NCBI GenBank assembly: GCA_964016885.1
Contig: OZ024744.1
Span: forward strand, 89,652,001-89,716,000
Direction: 5' to 3'
Length of the DNA stretch: 64,000 nt
Origin: Eledone cirrhosa
Lineage: Eukaryota
The notes beneath the pieces are model-generated. The model was not told the DNA's origin. It searched no databases and saw nothing but the letters and a program-made list of their open reading frames with translations. A program made the translations under genes and the position numbers. Shown here one piece after another: positions 46,165 to 59,389 of this stretch; position 1 is the first letter of the stretch, and the number at the start of each line of letters is the position of its first letter.

Positions 46165-46812
46165 CCGAATTGGTGTGGTTGAGACAGGTACACATGTTGT
46201 TAAAGTGTTTTGCTCCGTCAATACTCCAATATGTCCAGCTCCTGGTTGTTATTGGGTTGGGTTGTTATTTCTCTGAGGAACTGGATTCATATGAATTCGA
46301 ACAAACGAATTTCGGCATCATAGGACACTCTCTCCTCCCATTGGTCAGTTGTGAGAACATTGGTCAGTCAAAAGTCTATAGAAATTTTTTTCTGAGGCAA
46401 GACAATCTGTTGTGGTTGTTTTTGTTAAGTACAGCTGACCTCTTCCATTGTGTTGGTAGTAGTAGTGGTGTTAAGGGGTCAGTTGGCAGGTTAGCTTTAG
46501 TGTGCTGCTGCTATGTTTAGAAGAATTTGTGTGTGGGGGTTGGCATCTATCCTGCCACCATTTCACGTGGTTGGGGGGGGGGGGGCACAAACAGATAAAG
46601 AAATAAGATAAAGTAAAATGAAGAAATAAAAAAATAAAAAAATAAAATAATAAAATACATTCCTCAGTCAAAAGTCTATAGAAATTTTTCTGAGGCAAGA
46701 CAATCTGTTGTAGTTGTTTTTGTTAAGTACAGCTGACCTTCTCCAGTGTGTTGGTAGTGGTATTGGTGTTATATGTGTGTGCGTGTGTATATGTATATAT
46801 GTATATATATAT

Positions 46813-46882
<70 letters not shown>

Positions 46883-46928
46883 GTATATATATATAAATGA
46901 AAGGTATAGAAAATATTGTATATATATG

Positions 46929-46981
<53 letters not shown>

Positions 46982-47002
46982 GTATATATATATGTGTGTG
47001 TG

Positions 47003-47056
<54 letters not shown>

Positions 47057-47259
47057 TCATCATATCATGAGCATGTTCCGATTGAATGAAAAAGACAAAT
47101 GCTTGTTGATTCGATATCTCCGCTGTATACATCACAACACCACATCGCCTACTATTTTGTTTAGTGGTTCACAACCAACCTACCATAATCTATTCTAATC
47201 TGAATGAATATCGAGTCACCCATTGTGTGTAATTACTCATGCTGCGTAGTTATGTTATA

Positions 47260-47299
<40 letters not shown>

Positions 47300-47325
<26 letters not shown>

Positions 47326-47452
47326 ACGCCCCCTTCCCCACCTCTCTCCATCCACACGCACGCACACACCGACTTACACCCCACACCGACATACACACTG
47401 GTTTCCCATTTACATGAACACGCAACCTCGTTCTTCCCCCAACTCTCACATT

Positions 47453-47511
<59 letters not shown>

Positions 47512-47960
47512 ACACATACACACATACACACGCACCACCTTCAGCCCTCCCCGCTTGGACCCCCCGCCTCCTTCTTCCCTCTGCACCCCCTCCACCCACC
47601 ACCACCACCCCTACACGCTTCACACCCATTCAACGCTTGTTTATTTTTATTTTTATTTTTATTTTTATTTTTATTTTTATTTTTATTTTTATTTTTATTT
47701 TTATTTGTACTTTTAAAATATTTCCTTTACTCTCTAAAAAAATTGTTTTTTCTCCCTTTTCTCTCCCCGCCCCCCTTTTTTAAATCTCTTTCCACCACTC
47801 CCCCACACACCCTCGGAAATCTCTTCCTACTCACTGTTCTCCTGATGAAGGGATTATTTATGCCCGAAACTTCGCCCCCCCCCCCACTCTCATGCGTGAA
47901 ACTAAAAACCATATCATTTGTACTGCTTTTCTGTTTTTTGTTCCCTGTTCATTTATTAAA
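47300..47960 (+). repeat. Neptune-type pLTR fragment with hammerhead relic
   Basis: CTGATGA(47842)-aggga..gccc-GAAA-cttc; similar to 37860-38360. Confidence 0.7.
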
Positions 47961-48010
47961 CTATATATATATATATATAGTTATGTAATAAACAACATAA
48001 GATAATTATT

Positions 48011-48069
48011 TCATTTACCAGTGGTTTCTTGAAGGCAGATGTTATGTCTGTCTTCAGTCGTCAGAATGA
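48011..48069 (-). ncRNA. Type-I hammerhead
   Basis: tcatt-CTGACGA-c tgaagacaga..tctgccttca a-GAAA-cc act gg-TA-aatga; copy at 56015-56070, half copy at ~35606-35625. Confidence 0.82.
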
Positions 48070-48713
48070 ATAAATAACATGGTGTTTTTATTAAATATGG
48101 ATTTTGAAAAAAAATTTAGGAAATATGAAAGCGAGGCTGAAAAAACGGGCAAAAAGAGCACTCTTTTTTCCTGTGCCCTTCCGACGGAAATACTATATTT
48201 ATATATATATATAATTAGAATTCACCGCCTAGGCGGGGGTTACCTCTCTTGGAGTAAACCACGCGTCTGTGGCGACATTTAAAGCTACAACATACCCGCT
48301 AAGGCTAAGAACGAAAGACTTGCTGAAGAAGTAAATCCTATATTCTGTCGTCAAAAACCATTATATTGCAGACTCCTGCAATAGGAATTTGTCGATCTTG
48401 GATTTGCAGACACTTAGCGCTGATGTTGGATGCTATATGTGATGTATATTGTTGATATACGATGTAAGTTATATATTTTGCACTCAGCCTCCCGCTTTGT
48501 CCGGGTCAGTATAAAATCTTTTCCTGGGTCCTGTATTTTCGTTGCTCTAGTGATGCGGCTGCACTGCCGACCGCTACATCTGATTTGCTAAGCTGTCTGA
48601 ACGTAATGTTATTACTATGGGGTCTTTCCTCATCTGAGTGCTGAAGCTACAGACAGATTATGCATATACGCTAGCTTGGCCGTATTCTAAAGCTTCGTCA
48701 ATGCTGTGCTAAA

Positions 48714-48754
<41 letters not shown>

Positions 48755-48760
<6 letters not shown>

Positions 48761-48947
48761 AACCAGTAAGACCCCGACAGCTGAGCTCAAGCCGTTTCGA
48801 CAGCTAATTCTGGACTGAATTAGCCGTCGAAACGGCTTGAGCTCAGCTGTCGGGGTCTTACTGGTTCCTATTACCCACTCTACTACCTCAAGTATTGAGT
48901 ACTTTGGTGCGTTATGGTCCACCTGGTTCCTTACCACATTTCCTTCG

Positions 48948-48950
<3 letters not shown>
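48755..48950. repeat. Fold-back pLTR end centred in the presumed hammerhead stem II
   Basis: Arms 48755-48810 and 48817-48871, tail to 48950. Confidence 0.9.
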
Positions 48951-48984
<34 letters not shown>

Positions 48985-48985
<1 letters not shown>

Positions 48986-49124
48986 GTGTACAGATATTTT
49001 TGCATACACAATAACAAAATATAAACAAACGTATTTATTTCCCGAGGCTCGATAAGGATAAATATATATCAAATATATAAGAACCCTGGAGTAAATCCCG
49101 AACAACGCCGGGCCATTCTGCTAG
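48985..49124 (+). mobile_element. Helitron-like 3' end
   Basis: Hairpin cccg aacaacgc cggg, 8 nt, then CTAG|T. Confidence 0.6.
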
Positions 49125-49281
49125 TTATTGTTAAAATAAGATGTTGGTGGATTGGCAGTATCGGTAGAGTGTCGGACAAAATGGTTTACGTTCTGGGTTC
49201 AATTTCTACGGTGGTCAAGTTTTGTTTCTCATCCTTGTAGTACCAGTCAAGAACTAAGGCAAATTTCTGGCATTGTGAATA

Positions 49282-49449
49282 CCGTATTTCCCGGCGCCGA
49301 AGGCGCTTCGTCTTCGAGGACGCACCCTAATTTTTGACAACCAAAAATTTGAAAAAATATAATAAACAAACTTCGGCCTCCAGGACGCATGGTAGATTTT
49401 GAGACTTATTTTAGGGGAAAAGTAGCGTCTTCGACGCCGGGAAATACTG
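49282..49449. mobile_element. pogo-type MITE
   Basis: TA-ccgtatttcccggcg...cgccgggaaatactg-TA. Confidence 0.8.
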
Positions 49450-50421
49450 TATGTTAGAAACTGTTGCTTGTGTAGCGGTAGTACTGTCTCATATATGTGA
49501 CCACCAATCTAAAGCGGGCCTTCATTGTATTTTTTGTATCGTTATCACTACTATTTATTATCACCATTGTTAAGAAATATAAGTAAAGCAGTCGGACAAC
49601 ATGCTTTGCAGCACAGAATTACGCCCCTTTACGGACTGAGTTCAAATCCCGCCGAGGTTAACTTTCCCTTTCATCCTTACGGGGTCGATAAAATAAAGTA
49701 CCAGTAATGCACTGGAGACGAATTAATCGACTCTCCCCACCACCACCACCACCACCAAATTATTGACCTTGTACCTAAATCAGAAACCATTATTGTTATA
49801 AAATATAGGTAGAGTGTCGGACAACATGCTTTGCAGCATAGAGTTACGGCCCTTTGCGGACTGAGTTCAAATCCCGCCAAGGTTAGCGATGCCTTTCATC
49901 CTTCCGGGGTTGATAAAATAAAGTACCAGTCATTTACTGGGTAATTGCTGCCCTTGCGCCAAAAGTAGAAACAATTATTATTAAAATAAAAAACTTATAA
50001 AATAATGGTTTCTTATTTAGGCACAAGGCCAGCAATTTTAGTGCAGGGGAAAGTCGATTAAATCAACCCCAGTGATTTACTGGTACTTTATTTTATCGAC
50101 CCCGTAAGGATCAAAGGCAAAACTAACCTCAGCGCGATTTGAACTCAGACCGTAAAGCGCCATAACTCTGTGACGCAAAGCATGTTGTCCAACGCTAAAA
50201 CTTATTTTATCCACCCCAGAAAATAAAATATAAAATCGACCATAACGGAATTCGAACTGAAAACTTAAAGGGCCATAACTCTATGCCGAAAAACATTGCC
50301 CGACGCTTTACCGATACTGCCAAACTACCGCCCTTATAAAATAGTGTATCAACGTTCAGCTACAGATACCTAGTTATCTAACGACAGCAACAGTTGACTG
50401 ATAAAATAACAAGTCAGTCAA

Positions 50422-50655
50422 TCATATTGATGGCCGCCCCAAAGCGCCGGCGGACAAAATGGAGAAGCCGTTTCTTCGGAGGACGGTAAGGGAGACGCGC
50501 TGGAAAAGCCATTCCAACTCGCGAAGCTCACACCTGCAGCTGGCCAGCTCAACGCCTATGGTGGCGAGTAGTGAGGTAGCCCTAGGGCCGAGGACACCAG
50601 AAGTCTCCACTGCCAAGGGTACGACCTCAAAACTGTCGGAAAGTGACCGGTATAT
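50422..50655 (-). pseudogene. CRE-clade REL endonuclease C-terminal fragment
   Basis: VVPLAVETSGVLG..LLATIG..LFQRVSLTVLRRN; N-terminal REL part at 54085-54300 (+) with GKSLIWD..DT..K.SK. Confidence 0.65.
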
Positions 50656-51139
50656 GAAACTTATAAAATGTTATTTCTAATTTTGGTTACAGGTCAGCAA
50701 TTTTGATAGAAAAGAAAGTCGATTATATCGACCTTTTGATTTAACTGATTTTATGTTTTATGGACTTCGGAAGGAAGGAGGAACGGCAAAATGGACCTTG
50801 GTGAAATTTGAACTCAGAACGAAAAAAGCCGGAACAAATACTGCTAAGCATTTGTCAGACGCTCTAACGATTCTGCCAATTCATTGCCCCCCCCTCATAA
50901 TTTCTAATTTAGGCAGATGACCTAAAATTTTGAGGGTAGGTAAATTTGATTAAGTCAACCCCTGTACTTGACAGGCACAATATCTTTTTAACGATCCTGG
51001 AAAGATGGGTGAAAGGGAAAGTTAACATCAACAGCACTTGATTGATTGCAGAAGGTAAAGGGCAGGAAAATGCTTCAACACATTTAATCAGACCATCTAA
51101 CAATTCCGCTAATCGTCCACCCTAGTATAACTATTAAAA

Positions 51140-51405
51140 CAGTCATGGGCAACCTGTGGCCCGCGAATCTTTCTGAATGGCTCGCCTAAGTCACTCAAGT
51201 GAAATCTTTCTGATTTTACCCCAAATTTTCAGTCGTAGTTTATCTTTTACGATCGAGGAAAACAACGTGTACGAATTCTGAAGAAACAAATTAAAACAAC
51301 TTGAGTTACCGCCCTTTTTTTTAAATATGGGCACGAATGTAAATTAGCCTGATGATGAGCCATATCTTATGTAGCTCGCTTCTCGAAAAAGGTTGCCCAT
51401 GACTG
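51140..51405. mobile_element. hAT-type MITE
   Basis: TIR CAGTCATGGGCAACCT / AGGTTGCCCATGACTG; 8-bp TSD tattaaaa / tgttaaaa. Confidence 0.85.
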
Positions 51406-52814
51406 TGTTAAAATGGTTTCTTATATAGGTACAATGCCAGCAATTTTAGGGGAGGGGAAAGTCGATTAAATCGATCCCAGTGCGTGACTGGTACTTTATT
51501 TTATCGACCCCGTAAGGATGTAAGGCAAAGTTAACCTCGGCGGGATTTGAACTCAGATCATAAAGGGCCGTAACTCTATGCTGCAAAGCATGGCGTCCGA
51601 CCCTCTACCAATACTGCCAATGCACCGCCCTTAATGCCTGTATTAAAATAACAGATATAACTTTGGCAGATGCTCTGCAATTTATCCTGAATAATTATTA
51701 CATCAACTTGCCGTTATTCCCTAAAATCAATTAAAATTTATGGGGAAGGAGAAAGTTGATTAAATCAACCTCAGTATATAACCGGTACTTTGTTTTTATA
51801 ATTAGAATTTATTCATTGATTTCTAATTTAGGCACAAAGCTAACAAATTTGATTAAATCGACCTCACTACTTCAATGGTACTTTATTTCATCTCCTTCAG
51901 AAGGATGAAAGGCAAAATTGACCTCAACGCGGTTTGAACTCAAGTTGTAAAAAGCCAAAACAAACAACGCGAGAGCTTTTTATCCGATGCTCTACCCATT
52001 CGATTAGTCTTTCGAAAGTAAATATTAGTTTCTGATTTAGACCAGTAATTTTTGGGGGAAGAGGAAAGTCGATTAAATCGACCCCAGTGTATTACTGGTA
52101 CTTTATTTTATCGACCCCTTAAGGATGAAAGGCAAAGCTAACCTCGACAGGATTTGAACTCAGATCGTAAAGGGCCGTAACACTATGTCGCTAGGCATGT
52201 TGTCCGACTCTCTACCGATACTGCCAATGCACCGTCCTCTTATAGAAAGTAAATATTGCTATTAGTTTTGTTAAAATATAAAAAAAAATTTTAAAAATTA
52301 AAATCAAAGAAATTTCTTGATATTCATTGTAGAGTTTAGTTTCGTCGCTCAATTTTTCGAGTTCAAATCTAATTTATATCGACATTGCTGTTCATCCTTC
52401 ATTTGTGGATGCAATAAATTTCACTAAAGTCAGTTTAATCTGCTAAATGTCTCCCCCAAAATGAGAGGCCTTGAGCAATTGTTAGAATTATATAATACTA
52501 GAATTTTTTTTTTTTTCAACACACTGACGCTTGTATGAGTTGGCAGTATCGGTAGAGGGTCGGACGCCATACTTTGCAACACGGAGTTAAGGCTCTTTAC
52601 GGTCTGAGTTCAAATCCCGCCGAGGTTAACTTTACCTTTCATCCTTACGGGGGTCGATAAAATAAAATACCAGTAATGCACTGTGGAAATTGCTGGCCTT
52701 GTGCCGAAAGTAGAAACGATTATTATGAATGCGAAAATCCATACACACTTACAAAAATAAGTTGCTCAAATTTATATATAGATTGTATACACCAGTGTAG
52801 TGAATGTTAGACGC

Positions 52815-53310
52815 TGTCATCACCCCTTCCTTCCCTAATCATCTTTAGTGTGTGATGTCATCACCCCTTCCTCAATCATCTCTAGTGTGTGATTATCATC
52901 ACCCCTTCATTCCTCAACCATCTCTACTGTGACAACATCAACCCTCTCCTTCCTCAATCATCTCCAGTGTGTGACGTCATCACCCCTTCATTCCTCAACC
53001 ATCTCTACTGTGACAACATCAACCCTCTCCTTCCTCGATCATCTCCAGTGTGTGACATCATCACCCCTTCATTCCTCAACCATCTCTACTGTGACAACAT
53101 CAACCCCCTCCTTCCTCAATCATCTCCAGTGTGTGACGTCATCACCCCTTCTTTCCTCAGTCATCTCTAGTGCCTGATATCATCACCCCTTCCTTCCTCA
53201 ATCATCTCTAGTTCGTGACGTCATCACCCCTTCCTTAATCAGTCATCTCTAGTGTGTGACGGAAGGACGGATGGACGGACGGACGAAAGTCTCTGAAATT
53301 TATATAGAGG
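52815..53310 (-). repeat. Minisatellite (~38-41-bp unit, 79-bp higher order) inside a Helitron-like 5' end
   Basis: gtcatcacccct..cctcaatcatctctagtgtgtgac units; on the minus strand begins TCTATATAAA..(TCCG)n. Confidence 0.75.
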
Positions 53311-53812
53311 TATAATATATTCTAACATAATATATATATATATATTATACTATACTAGTAAAATTACCCGACGATGCATGAGTACTTCAAGAAAGTAACG
53401 ACATATTTTTGCACACATTACAAATTTTGATGGATAAAAAAAAGATTCGCTGAGAGTTACAGTAGAACTTTACTGAATAAGGGTTTTGCAACGAAATGCT
53501 TTTGTGAATAAATGTCTTGTTCAGTTTATTTTAAATATATGTACATAGATATCAGTTATTGAATAATGGATAACAGTTTTACGAATAATACATCTATTTG
53601 AAATTTAAATAAACGGCATTCTACTTTAATATATTCGCTTTTATTCTCCCCTCTTTTTCTCCCTCTTCTCTCCCTCTCTCTTTCGCCATCTCTTTCACTC
53701 TCCCCTCTCTCTTCCTCCATCTCTTTCTCTCTCTTCTTCTCTCTCTCCACCTCTCTATCTAGCTCTCTTGTATATTTGAATATATGTGTGTATGACATTA
53801 TATGTTTAATAA

Positions 53813-54012
53813 AGGGCGGTGGATTGGCAGTATCGGTAGAGGGTCGGACGCCATGCTTTCCAGCATAGTTACGTCCCTTTATGATCTGAGTTCAAATCCC
53901 GCCGAGGTTGACTTTGCCTTTCATCCTTACGGGGGGGGGGGTCGATAAAAATAATAAAGTACCAGTAATGCACTGGGTAATTGCTGGCCTTGTGCCTAAA
54001 GTAGAAACAATT
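53813..54012 (+). mobile_element. Full-length SINE family A
   Basis: ggcggtggattggcagtatcggtaga (A box), gagttcaaatccc (B box), core and tail. Confidence 0.88.
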
Positions 54013-55227
54013 ATATGTTTAATAACGTATGCATGACATCTGCACACACACATACGTAGATACACAATCATAGTTCTTTGACGCGGCGTCAGGTTTCTAA
54101 TGATAACTGAATCCTGCTATATTAATGACAAGCACCCAGGCAGCATAACCTTTTTTCCGATCGAGGATGGTAAATCTCTTATCTGGGACATCAGATGCTG
54201 CGACACATTTTCCGCCTCCAGTCCTTTCGTTTTAGCCAGAAACCCGGGCACCACCGTCAGTAACGCATACGAGCGGAAGATTTCCAAATAGCAGGACTTG
54301 AGTTATATATGATAGTACATAAGTAGTTTCAGAATAAGTTCAGAAATTGCTAAGTAGTTTCAGAATTAGCTCAATGTCTTTATATATTATTGATCTGAAG
54401 AAAAAACAGATTTTTTTTTAGGGTAGAAAAGTTTAAAAGGCAGAGCAACTATAATAAAAAAATATATATATAGATGGAAAAATTTGTTTTAAATCATTTT
54501 TAATTTCTTACATATCAGTAAAGACCAGCGGCCAGTGGTCAACATAGAGACAATCCACAAGGTGGGTGACAGGTCCTCTGAGGCTTTTTTGCCCATCGCT
54601 GTCTTTGACTGCATTTAGCTGTGTTAACGACTTTTCAAGCGATGAGTTTTCTCATTTTTATAGGTATTTAAATACACTTCCTTTCGATCAGAGACAACAT
54701 TGTTTTTTCAATTAACTTTATCATAGCTACGATTAGCTTTCTATTTAGGACAGAGACTACAGCTTGAGGTCCACTATCCGATTATTTTATTTTATTTGTT
54801 TTCTTTTACCCTTCTCTCTGTGCTGTTTGCTTTATCACACACACGCCATACTAAGAGAAATATATATTTTCCTGTTGTACGATCCAGCATTTCAAAATTG
54901 TACTCTCAATTAAATCGTGCGAAGCTATTTTGTTGGTCTGAAAGCTGGTGAGGTTGAAGATGTGTGTGTGTAAACTTGTCTTGTACATCACCTTTCTTTA
55001 TTTCTGTCTTCCAGTCACTTCTATGTGCCAACACACCCCTCTTTGTCCTTCTCCTTTTCAATCTTTTCTATATTTCATCTGCCTGTTACCCACCTTGTGG
55101 AGTGCCTCTCTCTTGACTACTTCCTACTGATCTCTGTCCTCGAGGTATTTTTGCCCATCACTCTTTTTTACAACATTTATATGCTTTAATGGCTGTTCTA
55201 GCGATGAGTTTTCCCATTTATATGTGT

Positions 55228-55332
<105 letters not shown>

Positions 55333-55357
55333 GTATATATATGTGTGTATATATATA

Positions 55358-55444
<87 letters not shown>

Positions 55445-55929
55445 ATGTATTATATACAAATATAAATTCAGCGAGAATCGCCTTTCGGCGGGTAGAAAAA
55501 GCGAAACGTAACGCAAATTCCGAGTCGTGCTGGCAAGCACTCATGGGCTAAAAGACCAGAGCTATAAACATAGGTTATAAAGGCCATAAAAACTGAGAAG
55601 GCGGTCAAGAAGCCATAAACCACCTAAGCCAAAAAACAAGTCAAGCTAAACAGGTCAGACAAAATAAATGACATAATCATATATATATATTTTTTTATTT
55701 TCACTTGTATATATATATATATATTTATGTACACACATATGTATATATATAACAAACCTGGACCCTTGGAATTGATGGTAAAATCCAGTATAGGGTTTCT
55801 GCGACACATAAATCAATAATACTTTCTGCTTAAAACAATAAGCTGTTGGTACAATGATCGAACAAGGAATTATCAACAGGTATTTTGTTCTGCGCCAGTA
55901 TTGTGGATGACACAGTGTTTTGTAAAAGC

Positions 55930-55987
<58 letters not shown>

Positions 55988-56014
55988 TGTAATAAACAAC
56001 ATAAGATAATTATT

Positions 56015-56070
56015 TCATTTACCAGTGGTTTCTTGAAAGCAGATAAATCTGCTTTCAGTCGTCAGAAGGA
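56015..56070 (-). ncRNA. Type-I hammerhead (48011 family)
   Basis: CTGACGA-c tgaaagcaga ttta tctgctttca a-GAAA-ccactgg-TA-aatga. Confidence 0.78.
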
Positions 56071-56129
56071 ATAAAACATGGTGTTTTTTTATTAAATGTG
56101 GATTTGAAAACAAAATATAAGAAATATGA

Positions 56130-56760
56130 AAGTGTCAAAACTAATGTAGGAAGGAAATTCCTCGACCTCCTAGAAAATCATTTTCCCCCTAATCATAGAT
56201 ATAAGATATTTAATAGAAATGTAGTCAAAATCAGTTACTCTTGCTGTCCATCAATGAAGACTAAAATTACCAACTCTAATCGTACGAGAGTAAATCCAGG
56301 ATGGAGTTGCAGAAAGCCGGAAGAATGCCCATTACAGGGTAAATCCATTGTGTATGAGGCCAAATTGACACCGTTGATTAATAACCAGCCAGCTAGGAGT
56401 GAACGATATGTTGGCATGACTCAGGACAGATTCAAAACCAGGTATTATGCACATGTCACTTCTTTTAAACACCCTGAAAAAAGAACAGCAACGGCTCTCG
56501 CAAATAAAATGTGGGAATTCAAATACAAAAACATTCCGTACACTATTGATTGGTCTATTTTAGACCATTCAAGAGAATACCAAAGGGGCACAAAGAAATG
56601 TTCTTTGTGCACCACGGAAAAATTTAGAATTCTCCAAAATTTGAAAGCCCCTTCAACTTGCCTCAACTCCAAGACCGAGGTCTTCAGATGTTATCCACAT
56701 CTGAAATCGGATCTACATTTTAGCTGGATTGACATTCCTACGATGACTCAACCACCTTGA
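56130..56760 (+). mobile_element. PLE linker + GIY-YIG endonuclease fragment
   Basis: TNVGRKFL..HFP..KIFNRNVVKISYSC, CPLQG, IVYEA..YVGMT..FKTRY..H..SF, CSLCTTEK, LNSKTE. Confidence 0.9.
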
Positions 56761-57434
56761 GCTTCTTCTTTACTCATTACGCCTTCCACTCACTACGAAT
56801 ATTTTTACTCTCCGAACTCACATTCCTTACCCATATATTCTTTTCTTCCTCTTCTCCTTCTATATCTCCCTGTATTTATTATATATTTTTTCCATATTAT
56901 AATTATTTTTTCAGTTGAGTTATATTTCCCCCTAATTTCTACCTTACCCTTTACACATACACACCCACGACCTTTATCCTTTACTCAGTTCACTCTTTAA
57001 CCAGATACTCTTATCTAGATCTCTTCGCATACATTTCTCCATTACCTATTCTTAATAATTGTGACTATTTTACTCCCCTCTTGTCCTCACTTACTCACTA
57101 GGTGTTTATGTTCTCACATAGGGCTGTGTGCGGGCGCATTCGCAGACAGACCCATGTATACATGCATTTATAGTATTTTTATTATTCTTTTGTACATGTG
57201 TTTGTGTGTATGTCTGTATGTGTGCGTGTATTTATATGTAAGTATAAATATATATATGTATATATGTATGTATATATATATACATATATATGTGTGTGTG
57301 TATATGTGTGTGTACATGTATGTATGCGTATTTATGTATGTATGTGTACGTATGTATGTGTGTGTATGTATGTGTGTATATATATTTATATATATATATA
57401 TATATGTGTGTATATGAGTGTATATATGTGTGTG

Positions 57435-57473
<39 letters not shown>

Positions 57474-57910
57474 GTATGTGTAGATATGTATGTATGTATT
57501 TATATATGCGTGCGTATGTATTTGTATATATGCGTGTATATGTATATATATGTGTATATATATATATGTATATATAAATATATATGTATGTATGTATTTA
57601 AGTTTTTAGTTGTGTGTATGCGGTGATTATAGGCCTTGGTTTTTTTTGTCTGTATAGTCTTACGTATGGTTTTGTCTGCGTCTGTTCTTTACGTGCGAGT
57701 GCGCGCACGCAAGCGATTACGTTTGTACGCTCATTTGGTTGTATGCTTATTTTCTTACGTGTCTAAGCGTGTGTATGTGTATATGTATTTTTGCACGCAT
57801 ATGTAAGTATTTTTATTTTAATATATTTTTGTTGTGTATATATATGTGTGTGTGAGGGGGGGGTGCATATATATATGTATATATATATATTTATTAAAAT
57901 AACAGATTAA

Positions 57911-57961
57911 AGTTTAAGCAAAGAATCGCTGCTTTCACCCTTAACGGGATCTTCTGAAACT
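57911..57961 (-). ncRNA. Hammerhead-like motif, CAGAAGA core
   Basis: agttt-CAGAAGA-tcccgttaagggt-GAAA-gca..tgc-TT-aaact. Confidence 0.58.
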
Positions 57962-58598
57962 AAAAAAATCAATCTGTGAACGCAGAAGTAAATATATATG
58001 ATCTTTAAAGCGATGAAATACCAATGAAGGACTAATTTTATTCATATGTAACCCATTTGCAACCACGCAGCACGCCATTTTTTCATATATTTATACATTT
58101 TCCTCCGCTGTGACCCGTGTTTCTTTCTTACTCCTTGCACTTTCTCTGTATCTCTCACTTTCCTTTTACCCCCTCTGCCAGTCACTCTCTCAGTTAGCCT
58201 CTTCCTCACACTTTCACTCACTCACTCTCTGTTACTCCCTCTCCATCACTTCCTCCCGTTTGACCTGTGCGAAATCCTTTCCTCACTCACATTTCAACCA
58301 GGTTGGATGGTCTTTTTTTGTCTCGTCTACGATTTCACAGAACTTATGTTCATCGATTTCAGGGACTTGACTCCTTCTTCCTCACTTTTCGTTGCATTAC
58401 CATATTTGTTTGTTTGTTTACTGCCTCGCTCGTTCCCCCTATTTATGTGTCCCAACAACTTTCTTTAGCCGTTGCTCGCACCAACCAGAGGTATATGGTC
58501 TTTAAAGCGATGAAATACCAATAAAGGCTGGAATATCACTGATGAAGGACTAATTTTATTCATATGTAACCCATTGGCAACCACGCAACACGCCATTT

Positions 58599-58669
<71 letters not shown>

Positions 58670-58695
58670 GTATAATAAACAATACAATATAATTA

Positions 58696-58762
58696 CCTCA
58701 TTACCAGAGGTTTCCCGAATAAGACGAATACAAGAAACGTCCTCAACGTTCGTCGGACAAGG
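58696..58762 (-). ncRNA. Hammerhead (21311 family), CCGACGA core
   Basis: ccttgt-CCGACGA...GAAA-cctctgg-TA-atgagg. Confidence 0.6.
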
Positions 58763-59389
58763 CAATTTAAAACATAGTGAAATATTTGAAAAATCTCCCC
58801 AAGAAAGGCAAAAGTTTAACGGGCAAAAAAAATATATAAGTAAAAGTGCAAGAGATATATAAAAATAAAATAAGGAAATATAGTTAGGGTATGTGTATAA
58901 ATGTGTGTGTATTCACTCACAAATGTACATATGTGTGTATGTACAAATGCATGTGTATAGTGAAAAAATGTATGCGTAAGTACATATATGAGGGCAAGCA
59001 TATCAGTGTATGTGTGACCACAAAAACGTATATAATATATGTTGAAAAAGAAATTGTAAGATAATAGAGTTAACGTACATCCAGACTCAGGTATTAAGGA
59101 TTGAAATATATACACACTCAAGTATGAAAGCACGCGTATAAACACACACACACACGCGCAACCACATATATGCGAGTGATATATACAGGGAAGGGAGTGT
59201 ATCAGTCAAAGCAGTGTCAGTCAGAAGGTCGATACAGATATAAAAAAGAAAAAATATATAAGAATAAAAAAATTTTAAATCAAAGAGAAAGTAAGAGGGA
59301 TGGGTTATCAATTATAAAGTAACACTAAAAATATAGAAAACAAACATAGGTTCGTATTTTGTAGAGAAATAGATAGGTCTAGCATAGGC

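Larger units (their letters stand above)
49590..52725. mobile_element. Dense cluster of SINE family A copies in both orientations
   Basis: About ten matches to the consensus (e.g. 49590-49790, 49810-49980, 50010-50335, 51415-51630, 52030-52235, 52540-52725). Confidence 0.85.

Noticed and set aside
51349-51395. CTGATGA...GAAA inside the hAT MITE
   Set aside because: GAAA runs into the TIR and stems I and III are unconvincing; likely chance
53813-53900. tRNA genes
   Set aside because: A/B boxes belong to SINE heads; no cloverleaf with an acceptor stem
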